Assembly: GCA_038087875.1 (NCBI GenBank)
Contig: CM075990.1
Coordinates: 13,330,001 to 13,394,000, forward strand
Reading direction: 5' to 3'
Length of the DNA stretch: 64,000 nucleotides
From: Malacoraja senta
Lineage: Eukaryota
The position numbers and the translations under genes were made by a program. The notes below the pieces were generated by a model. The model searched no databases. It was not told the DNA's origin and was given only the letters and a program-made list of their open reading frames with translations. Below, piece after piece: positions 12,311 through 24,100 of the stretch (positions are counted from its first letter, which is position 1; each line of letters opens with the position of its first letter).

Positions 12311-12678
12311 TTGTGACTGGCTTTGCCCTTCCTCTGTAATAACCTCCAGCCCCACAATTGTCAGGTCTGTACTGCACCAATTCTGGCCATAATGATCCAT
12401 AATTTTAGTCACTCCAGCAATGGTGGTTGCAAAATAGATAGCGAGAGACCCAAGGTCTGGAATTCCCTCCCTAACCAGCTGCACTGTTTGAGATACTCTC
12501 AGACATGAGATTCGGTAGTTCCAACTCATTCTCTTTGTGCACGTCTGTGATGCTTTTCAAAACGTGCGTGCAGAAACAGAGTTTAAAAGTGGTAGCTCAC
12601 AGGCTGCCCAAGATAACACACAAATCGCAAGTCAATGGAATTTAAAAGGATAAACTATCACTGCTTACACAGTGAGAC

Positions 12679-12684
12679 TTTATT
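12679..12684 (-). terminator. Candidate distal P4HA1 polyadenylation signal AATAAA
   Basis: AATAAA followed about 16 nt later by CA and then GT/T-rich sequence; marks the end of a repeat-poor AT-rich stretch. Confidence 0.45.
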
Positions 12685-13611
12685 TTCTTGTTCAAGTTTA
12701 CATTTGGAACAGAAAGGAAAACAAAATTAGTGTCAAAATACTAAACTCAGATGTGTAGGAGCAACACTCGGTTAATAAGAAAATCTGCAAATTTGCATGT
12801 TCAGAAAAAAAACCTAATCTTTAAACTAGTAATTTAAGGGAAGGGAATGGTTATTAAAATAACATTAAAATACAGCATATTCCAGTGGTCTCTGATTCAT
12901 GTAGAGAATTGACAAGTATGATTAAATCCAATGGCTCGTGTCAAGTTGTAGTTTGATGCATCGTGGCTATTGGAATGGGAGCAGGTTCCAATACAAACAA
13001 GTACTCCCACTCACTGGGATTGATACAGCTACTGCATCAGAATCTCCCCTGGGGAGCCCAAGCTGGGTGAATGGTGTAAAGTGAAAGGTGCTGGAGTGAG
13101 AGCACGAGAAACCATTTTTATAAAATGATTAAAAGATTACATGTTTGCACAGGTAACTTGGCCACTCTAATTAGCACTTTTGCAGGTGGGCAAGAGAACT
13201 CTTGGCAAGTATCAATCCTCCATACAGCACTCTCTTGACAAGGGAGTGTGTTGATGTCAGATTGACATTGTCCACTGGTTCTTCTGCTGGTAAAGGGGTG
13301 AGATTTAGGCAACATGACTTGATGTCTCTCACCCCAGTAGTAACAGGTTCCCAACCATGAGCTAAAGTCAAGTAAGATTATTTAAACTAAAAAAAGTTGC
13401 ATTGATTCTTTCCATTATTTTTTTAATATAAAATTAACAGTGAAATGTAAGCTTGATTGTAGCTCACTGCTTAATCTATTAGGTTTATAATCTAGCATCC
13501 TGACAATCACTTGCCTCTGAACAATTGACTGGGGCATTTGAGTTAAACTTGCAGCCAAGTACATAATGAGACATTAAAGGAAATAGTATCTTAAAACAGA
13601 AAAGGCAAGGT

Positions 13612-13617
13612 TTTATT
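13612..13617 (-). terminator. Candidate proximal P4HA1 polyadenylation signal AATAAA
   Basis: First canonical hexamer I found downstream of the stop on the sense strand; AT-rich UTR-like context. Confidence 0.4.
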
Positions 13618-14385
13618 TCAAAATAAAGATATATAAATACACAATTCTCCCACTGATGGCACAGAAAAAGCACTTTTCCAATGAAAAAGATCCTCTTGGG
13701 CATGTGATTGTTCATGTTATTTTGTCACATTTATCTCTTACTCCAAAAGCTTTACAGCTTAAAAATATTCATATTTGACATTTTGCACACATTAAAATTT
13801 TACCCACTGATTGTTACTTTTGAAACATGATTATCCGGGTAAATTAACAAGAGTTTGGAGCAAAAATGAAATGTATATGTACACATTTAAAAACTATTAA
13901 AAAAATCATATCCGAGCAATATACACAGCAAACATATTTTTGGCCAATTACCAAGGTGCTCTAAGATGAGCAAATTGATACCAAGAATCCAATTGAGTGA
14001 GAGTGTTGGAAATAATGAATGATTATTGTTAGGGGTACACCTATAATGTTTCAACAGGGATGCTGGATCTAGTAGTTAATGGCTAAAAGGAGAGACATAA
14101 GTGATTGTGATTCTCAAGAAAGGAGTAAAAGTTGGAGTGATTGCATTCAGAGTGCATCAGGCACAGTGTGGCACTAGTAAATGGTATTTCTGGTCTACAC
14201 CACCCATGGTCAAATATATTACAAAAAGTGGATCAACTTGATATACTTTCATTATATCTGTAAATCCAAAAAAAATCCTGATTTTTAACATTAGTTCAAG
14301 AAAATGACCAAGTTTAGAGAAGATTCAGATGATTTTCTTGCATTTAAGATGATGTATTTCTAAAGTCAACATCATGTATGGATTT

Positions 14386-14516
14386 TGTTTAAGAAGTAAC
14401 TGCAGATGCTGGAAAATCAAAGGTAGACAAATATGCTGGAGAAACTCAGCGGGTGCAGCAGCATCTATGGAGCGAAGGAAATAGGCAACGTTTCGGGCCG
14501 AAACCCTTCTTCAGAC
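14386..14516 (-). mobile_element. Penelope-derived short element with intact minimal hammerhead core (14487-14514) in the predicted P4HA1 3'UTR
   Basis: TGGATTT duplication at 14379-14385 and 14517-14523; minus strand reads CTGAAGA-A-GGGT-TTCG-GCCC-GAAA-CGTT. Confidence 0.75.
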
Positions 14517-15100
14517 TGGATTTCTTGGGGATTACATGATTTGAGAGAACTATTATTCCATGCACACTAATGTGACTGCATTCTGGAAAATGCGTTATTC
14601 ATTGGGCTGACATGATGCAATGCCCTTCCATCAATATAATTCGAAGAGTGTACTAAGTTCCATTAAGCACTTTTATCAGAATTATTCCCAGAAGTGTCAC
14701 GCTGCAAACAGATGCCCAAGAAAGTTGGGTGGGTGGGGGCGGAATACTCGATTCCATTGCTTGCTGAGAGGTGAAAATTCAAAAACATGATTGTTGCATA
14801 AAAATCAATTGGTAGAAAAGAGCCGTGTAATATATGGGAATACTAAGAGGGTAAAAAACAGATGATTTAGAGAAATATTTTGTGTCATTTAACCAGCTCA
14901 GCCTAGCTCGATTCAAATCTATCCATGGAAAAGGTTATAAAACATGAACTTCTCTGCCCAGGCTTCCCTGTAAAACTAAAGGATGTTGGAAGTCAAGTCG
15001 ATGACTTGAGGAGTGCTGGGGAATATAGGAGAGTAAACAGGACTGAGCTGTAGTGTTGGTGGTGCGAACAGAGGGGTCGATTTGCCAACACTGTGTGCCC

Positions 15101-15171
15101 TCAATCCATCTCAGACAAGTTACACCTTCGTCGGAATTCCTGTCCGCGTTCGTGGATCCACTTGTTAGACA
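15101..15171 (-). CDS. P4HA1: P4HA1 last coding exon (VSNKWIHERGQEFRRRCNLSEMD*)
   Basis: Acceptor gtttcag, TGA at 15103-15101. Confidence 0.96.
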
Positions 15172-18100
15172 CTGAAACAACCAGATGGACACGTGTCAGT
15201 AACATTTGAAACACCAACCTCACACACAAATGTACCCGCACTAAGAAGTGTCCCGGTGTCTTTATCTGCCCTCACAACCTTGGACTCATCCAGAAGCTTT
15301 AGTTGCTCACATCCTGACCCACTCTCCCACCCACACTTGCACCAAAGGCCGTCTTCATATGTAAATCTCTCCCGAACCACACTTCTCTTCAGCTCTGCAA
15401 TAGTCTTGTCCTTCCACCTTCTTTCAGGCAGCCTCTGTCTGATCATAAATGGCAATTCATTCTTCCACCGCTGCTCCACACTCTGGAATTTCCTAAAGGA
15501 TTCCCAGTTGTCCCCCACATTTTTGGCAATGTCTGTTTATTACCGTTCCGACACAATGTCTATGCCTCACATCGAAGACCGTATGGCAAAAGACTCATTT
15601 GGATTATGGGGGTTTTCACATGAAGTTATTTATAGTGTTCAATTATTATTACAGTACAGTATACAAGTATTTACAATTTTATACCATATATTCTGAAATA
15701 AATGGTTGTAGTTCAGCTATGTTGCATTGTGCCAGCCATTACTTTGAAATGAACAGTAAAATCTTGGAATTAATCACAAAGATTTTATTCACATGGCTTT
15801 TTGGTCCATTGGCTTTCATCAGTTCCGGTATTGAGTATAGAAGTTGGGGCGTTAAGTTGCAATTGTACAAGACGTTGGTGAGGCTGCATTTGGAGAATTT
15901 TGTTCAGTTTTGGTCACCCTGCTATGGGAAGGAAGTCATTAAGTTGGAAAGAGTGCAGAGAAGATTTAAGAGGATGTTGCCAGGGCGTGGACCATTGGAA
16001 AAGGTTGGGGTGGCTGGGGGTTTATTACTTGGAGCATAGAAGGCTAATGGGTGATCTTATTGAAGTATAAAATCATGAGGGGAATAAGAGTGAATGCACA
16101 GAGTCTTTAATCTACGGTAGGGCAATCAAGAGCCATAGGACAAGGGTTTTAGGTGAGAGAGGCAAGATTTAGCAGCCTGAGCTGTGGAATTATCCCAGCA
16201 CTTTGTGTCTCTTTTTGTAAACCAGCATCTGCAGTTCCTTGTTTCTTTAAGATTTAATAGGAACCAGCGGCAAAACTTTTTCTCCAAGGATGGTGGTATA
16301 TGGAATGAGCTGCCAGAGGAGGTAATTGGGGAAGGCATTTAAAAGACACCTGGATGGGAAAGGTTTGGTGGGATATGGGCCAAATGGGACTGGCTTAGAT
16401 GGGCCACCTTGGTAGGCATGGATGAGTTGGGACGAAGGGCCTGTTTCTGTGCGGTTTGACGCTGACTCTGACATGTGACAAAAACACATCCACAAGTCTT
16501 CCAACGTTGATGCCGTACACTTGTGCACTCACCCCATTTGTTTCCAACTAATACTGGACAGGCTGCATGCCGTGTGCTGTAGTCACCTTCTCCACTGGCA
16601 AAGAGATTGTACCAAAACACCGCTGAGCCCTGCAAAACAAGCACCAAATAGTTTCTTGACATCTTAAACAAATTTATAGAGTAATATATACATGGAGCAA
16701 AATACAATGCCCCATCAGAAACCCAAGAGGAAACCTGTAGCTTTTGTTGAATACATAGAACATTCTTTAAAAAAGACTAGGCATGCTGGCAGGTTAATTG
16801 GTTATTGGAAATTAATCTTCAGCACGTTGGTGGCATAAGAGTCAAGATGGGGAGATGATGTGACATGCAAGAGAAACACAATAAGTTGCAAGGCTACAAA
16901 AATAGAGAGCGTGAATGAAACCAATAGGATGTTCTGCCAATGTGGACCCCATGTGCTAGATGGTAACTTAACGTGTTAGAAGTAAATACATCAGTCTCTA
17001 TCTACACTACAGATGCAAGCATTTCAGCAAAAGAAATCATTATATCCTAGTTTTAACTGAGTACGATAATTAGGTGGGTTTATCTATGTGGCCTTTCATT
17101 CAGCAAAACTTCTGTGTAATTCGACCTGGCTTCAAGCTGCATAAACCAATAGAAAATATTCCACTCGCAGTGGTGCTGTCATTTGAATTAAATGCCAAAC
17201 CAAACATCTGTTTGTGATAGTGAATCACATGTATTTAAAGATCCAACTGTATCAAGATCAGTGGGCTTCCAACATGTGTCATTCCTCATTGTTTGCTGTG
17301 AGCCGTGGCTTCTCTTGGCAACATTATTGTGCACAATAATTCATATTTGACCCTTCCAGGTGAAGTGCTTCAAAAAGCCTGAAATTATTAAGGTCTCTTT
17401 CTAAATGCAAGTCTTTTTTTTAAAAAATAAACTGAAATAGCAATATTACTTAAACTGCAGTCAACCCTATTGGAAAAAAACAACACATTGGCAGCAAGAA
17501 GCTATTTCAAAGATGTAAGATTAGTTCCAATTGATGTTGACTGGATTTAAAAAGCAGCCAAACCCCACAGTGGCAGGTAGATTTATGCATTAAAATCTTT
17601 TCAAAGCCGCCTCGCATGTTTCTTCAACTCTTTTCACTTTTCTTTCTCTGATGTTATTCCATACTTAAAAGAAAATAACTGGTAATTCTAATGCTTACAT
17701 TCTCAGGATGCTTTAAACCGAGTAAGTTGCTTTTGAAGAACTGACGTAGGGAAATGCAGTAGACCAATTTGTGGAAAAAAAAGTTTTAGACGAGCAGTGA
17801 GATGAATGAAACATTTGTTTCATTGCTGTTGGTTGGGACGTTATGGTTTCCAGAATAAATGAATAATACTCCAATAAACAACCATCTCCATCTAGTGGGC
17901 AGATGGTTTAAAAATCTCCAAAAACTTTATTGGCAACGTTGCAGTTAGAGTCACACAGTGAGGAAACGGCCCCTTCAGCCATGATGCCCCATCTACACTA
18001 GTCCCAACTGCCTGCATTTGGCCCATATTCCTCTGAACCTTTCCTATCCATGTTCCAATCCAAATGTTGTTATAGTACCTGCCTCAACTGCTCCCTCTGG

Positions 18101-21100
18101 CAGTCTGCTCCATTTACTTACCACCCTGCGTGTGAAAAAAATGACCCCTCAATTTCCTATGACATCTTTCCCCTCTCACCGTAAACGTCTGTCCTCTGGT
18201 TCTTGATTCCCTTACTCTAATATTGCAATAAAATATCAGCATTTGTTTAAATTCTAAATCCCAAGGGGGGTGATATTTCACAACCTGCTGATTTGAGGTG
18301 AGAATTGTACTTCACATTCTTGAAATCTTTTATGCATATTTTGTTGAATAAAGGCCAATTTGCCTAATGCCATCACCAAGCGCAGGCTCCACTCAGTCCG
18401 CCTAAACCTACCTAATCCTCCCGGTTGCTAAACACTTTAACTCCCCCTCCCATTCCCACACTGACCTTTCTGTCCTGGGCCTCCTCCATTGTCAGAGTGC
18501 GGCCCAGCGCAAATTGGAGGAACAACACCTCATATTTTGCTTGGCCAGCGGTATGAATATTGACTTCTCTAACTTCAAGTAATCTTTGCCTTCCTTCTCT
18601 TCCCATCCCTCTACCCTTCCCAGTTCTCCTATTTGTCTGACTGTCCTTGTTTACATTTTATCTGTTTGCTTTGTTTTTGCCTTCTCCTAGCTAACAATAA
18701 TCTATTCTCCATTTTCCTTAATCTCCATCCCGTTTTCACACTACATTTCCTTACCTCCCTCTCCCCTGATTCTGTCTGAAGGGTCTCGACCCGAAACATC
18801 ACCCATTTCTTCTATCCAGAGGTGCTGCCTGTCCTGCTGAGTTACTCCAGCATTTTGTGTCTATCATTGTCAATCATGTTGTGTTAATAATTGACAAAAA
18901 CAATGAACTTTTAACTATAACAATATTATCTTAATTGGTAGTTCATACCTCGACTCCCAGTATCTTAGAACATAATCCTATCTATAGAAGAGTGCAGCCC
19001 AACCCCAACTTAAAAGCACTCTGGGGTCATTTTATGGCTTCAGATCATTAATAGCATGGTTACATTTATTCCTCAATAAAGTCCCTCTACTCCGTGCTTA
19101 ATTCTTAAGATGTAAGATTCTCTGTGCTTAAGAATTAGTTTACATGTGTTTTCTTTTCAATGTAACCATTTTGGTCCACTGCATCTATAATTTCTTAATA
19201 TTCGCAATGGATTTATTTCTCCTTTGAATAACGAGACTTTAAAAAAAATGTTCCTTCACTGCCAAGGCCAACAAATAATTCCTACCTCTAACTGCCCGAG
19301 TAAGCAGTGGTAAGATGCTTTCTCAAACTGCTGTCCTTAGTGAAAGCACTGCTGCAGTCCTTTTTGGGTAGGCAACTGCACATTTAAACACAGCAACATA
19401 CAGCAAAAGACCAACAAGGAACAACAATAAAATTAACTATTATTAAGCACAATGTTAGGCATAGGTTTACTCAGAAATTTGTAGGCAAAAATTCTTTGAT
19501 CCAAACCATTATTCTGTTTCCATATCCATAGGGGCTGCCTAACCTGCTCACCAATCTGTATTTTCAATTATTTTCTCTCTTGTTTGAGATATCCAAAATC
19601 TGCAGTATTTTGCTCCAGTGTTCTCTGAACCCAATGAACTAAAACCCATTGATCATGGACTCATTAATCAAATGGATCTGGTCAATTATACAAATCCTGG
19701 GTTCCTGTTGTGTTTTATTTGGCCAGCTCAGAGTTTAATGGACATGACTGTTGAACTTGTGGCTAGCAAACAAAGATTGCAAATATGTGCAGGAACAAAT
19801 GGGAGCATAATAGATAGAATACACGTGGGAGGAAAAGGAAGCAGGTGTTTTGCACAGGCCTGCTGACTGGAAAAGAAAAGGGACAAGAATCAACACTGAT
19901 ACCTTTTGTGGCCACACAGCTGCTCCAACTTCAGGGAAAACAGTGGCTCCTCCGGCCGTGACATCACTCATCTGGCAGAATAAAGACAGAAAATTAAAAT
20001 CAGATCATAGCAAGTGCAGAAAATATTTTTCATGTCTGCACGATTTAAGTAAATCCAAATAAAAGCTAATAGCCAACATTGTGGCTGATATTTCAGGATC
20101 TAATTTATTGTTGACTTTGGATTAGGTGTTAGAAACTCATCCGTATCAACGGTTCAAATACTTAATCCCATGGTGCTCTCTCTCTCTCAGCCCATGTTAC
20201 CAGAAAGAATTAAGGATAGTGGAATATCAAAGCAAGATTTCTGTAAGAAAAACCAAGGGTCATTTGACGATTCTCTAGCAGTTGGGAGAAGACTGCTAGA
20301 GAATTTAAAACGATCTGGCATGGACACTTCACGACACACCAACTTATATCTATCTCTCTTAAGCCATCCGCACACCATAAAAGAAATGAGTGGGGCATAA
20401 TTTTCAGCACTTGATTTTTTTACCTTTGTTAATAATATTAGGATCAATTGAAAAGTACAGTGGTTCTATTCTTATTGAAAATAAACCCAGTCTTTATTTG
20501 TAAATTAGAGTCAAAGTCATACAGCATGGAAACAGGTTCTTCGGCCTAACTTGCCCATGCTGTCCCATTGACGCATTACAAATTACCCCAAATTATCTGA
20601 ACTGGCAAAGTTCATAGTTAATTCCACTCGGATGCTTCTGACTAATTAATAGTTTACTTTTTAAAAGTTGAAAAGATATTGACAAAATATGTGTGCGCAT
20701 TCTTGCTGACTTTCTGTTATTAGTTACCAGTAAATAGTAAAATCTTCCAGCTGCCAGCATGAAGGCTAGAGTGAAGTCTGGCAGCGTGGAACAATGAACT
20801 GGTATACAAGCATTTAACATCTGTAACGTGGTAAAGTATCGCACGTGCTTTATGGGTGTATTTCATCAAAAATTGACATCCATCCAAATAAGTGGATTTT
20901 AGGGCAGATGAACAAAATCTGTCAAATATGTTTTAGGAATCGGCTTAATGGAGTAGAAAAGCTGAGGAGGTTTATAGAGTGAATTTTGGAGCCTAAGGTT
21001 CTGGTTGCTGAAACCACAATCAGTCAGTCGTACTACAATTAAATTCCTGATGTTCAAGAGGTCAAGAGTAAAGGAGCATAGATGCAAAAAATATTAAGAA

Positions 21101-24100
21101 TTTTAAAATCGAAACATTTAAAAAAATGAGGTAATATAGAACGACACACACAGGAGGTGATGGGTACAGGATCCACAAAGATGAGGGTGCAATGAGAAAA
21201 AGCAGATAGAAATGTGTTGGAACTGCCAAGTCTAGAAGAACCAAAGTCACGGACAAGGGTTTGAACATCGGATAAGTTGATGTTGGACAATTTCATAACT
21301 GTGTAAATATGTGACCTTGATAATGGCACAGAGACAAGATTCAAAACTATTCTTGTGGTTGAATATGACATCAAAGACTTGGGTTTAGTTTTAGACAAAA
21401 GCCACTGAGAGATCTAAACCAAATGTTTGGAATTCCCCATAGTTAAATTTTCAGTCTTGTTGATGAACACCATTTCCATTTTTATATAGCTCCTTTCCAG
21501 TGCTTGGTACTTTCTAAAGTAGTTCACAGCTACATATTAACTGTTCCAATCTCAACATTGTTGAGACACATGGCATTTAATTTGTGAATGGCTAAGTCTT
21601 AAAAAACAATGATGGAAACAATGAAATCGATCATTTGGTTTCTTTTATAGAAGCATAAATTATAACATAGAAACCGATTCAGCCCATCATGTCCCTGTTG
21701 TAATTACACTCTCTGGAAAGACTGACAATTCATTTCTAATCTCTCTCCACATCTACATGTGGAGCACCTGTTTCTGCTTTGCACTGTTCCACAAAGGCAC
21801 TGCTGAGATTATATATTCATCAAAATCCTACTGTTTTATGGAAACTTAGTGCAGGCCAATTTCAAAAATGTTTGTGTGCATCCAAAATCCATGTGTGTTT
21901 CATTATTGTTTATTCTTACTGGAGAGGAAGATTCTGCTTTAAAAATTTCAAAAAGCTGGCCATACTCTGTAAGTTGCTCAACCCTCATAGAATTCTTCTT
22001 GGAGTTGTATCCCCTTGCTTGAAACAACTGTTTACTATTTTATATCAAAAGATAATTCAACAGACCTAAATATTAAATTATTATTTGAAACCAGGGTTTA
22101 AATTTCACACCAAGCATGTTAAAGTGTTGGGGGTTATTTGGTAGGAATTAGGAAACATCAGTAAAATAGTATGACAACAAATGACCAATGGCTAATGTTT
22201 AAAGGATTAATAAACGACAAATAAATATCGTTTCAATGCACAACAACCTAAAAGAGAAAATGGTCCAGTCATGGCTAACATGAAAAGTTAACAATAGTAC
22301 GAGATAACATAAAAGGTTTAAAATTTTGACAAAAAGAACAGTAAACCCGATGATTGGGAAAAATGCAAAACTCAGGAACGGAGGTACAAGAAATAAGCAA
22401 TGGAAAAGCTTCGTGAGAAACACAAGAGAGAACATTAAACCCTCTACCAAGATGCTAAAAGGAAAAGATTAACAAAAGTTAATGTGAATTCCATCCAGAT
22501 TAAGGGAGGAAAAATTAAATCAGGATGTAAGAAAATGACAGAGGAATTAATCAAGTATATTTTAGCTATATTTGGAAAAGAAATAGAAGCCTTCCAATAT
22601 TACGACAGGTCTAGTATGAAACGATCTTAAAGGAATTAGTGTGTAAGAAGGAACTGCAGATGCTGCTTTAAACCGAAGATAGACACAAAAAGCTGGAGTA
22701 ACTCAGCGGGACAGGCAGCCTCTCTGGAGAGAAGGAATGGGTGACGTTTCGGGTCGAGACCCTACTTCAGGACTGGAGAAGTTTAAACCAGCATCTGCAG
22801 TTCACTTAACTATATAGTTCTTTTGGAATCAAGCTTTATTTTGGCAAATTATTGAGAATCACTTGGAAGAACTTGCAATGTTGTTGTGTTTCGGCCCCAA
22901 GCACTCTACTACCATTATGGTATGTTAAGCATTAGACCAAGAGGATTTGAGTACAAGAGAGAAGACATTTTAAGAGAGGTGATTAAGCACGAGGCCAACA
23001 CTGTCTTGATTTAGGAAGAATAAAAATCTCTTTACACACACGGAATGTTAGAGATGAGCTAATCAGGACAGGAAAAATTACTTTCCACTTTCCACTTAAG
23101 GCAGAGAATCTTTGGAAAACACAGAGATAAATGCTCAGAGATAAATTCGAAATGTTTTCAAAGGCTATTTTCAATCCTGGATATTAAATGGATCAAAATA
23201 TGGAATTACATCAAGAAACTGCTGAAGTAAAATAAATCCATGATCTCATTCAACAAGCTAACAAGCATAAGGGATTTAATCAGGATCTCACTACTACTAT
23301 TTTTGATGCTCTTATAATACTAAACCTCGAAGCTGATGGTAAACTGTCTTTGTTTTTATCCACAAAAAGACTGAAAGACTGGGATGAGAGTTAGCTAAGA
23401 GGCATAACAGTTTTGGTGGATCCAGTGGAAAGATCATTAGTCCTCAATGCGCACTTCTCCTGCTGTAGCTGATGCACAACTGTGGACAAAAGTACCAGAG
23501 AGCCCCTGCTCTCAAATTAGAGCGACAACCCTACCACCTCCCCTCCCCAGCTCTCCCACAACCTACGGTCTGGTCTCCCCCTCTTCCTTTCTTCTTCCCG
23601 CCCCCCCCCACATCAATCTGAAGAAGGGTCTCGACCTGAAACGTCACCTATTCTTTCGATCCATAGATGCTGCCTCACCCGCTGAGTTTCTCCAGCATTT
23701 TTGTTTACCTTCAATTTCACCAGCATCTGCAGTTCTTTCTTAAACCCTACCAACTAATGTCTGCCTGGTAACCTTGTTCCATTTTATCTGCCATCAACCA
23801 GACATTCTTCAGATTCTAACCGAGCCATCGTCAATGAAAAAGCTCTCAATCATCATGTTGCTGCACTTTGGGATTACCTTCCAATCCTTTGAGTTCATTT
23901 CTAGACTTTCAAAACACCAACTCTTGTAGGTCAACTCTTACTGGGATCCTACTTTGCTTAAAACAAAAACGTTGATAACATCCCCTGTACAAGAAGGTAG
24001 ATATAAAAACAATTTGTGCAGTTTTGCCATTTGCCTGAACTTCAGGAAATTAGCATCCCTGCTGCAAAACGAAAGCTCTTGTAACATGGCAGAATTTTGC

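Noticed and set aside
6100-12600. Exons of a neighbouring gene downstream of P4HA1
   Set aside because: No ORF with recognisable host-protein similarity; ORFs map to repeats or look random.
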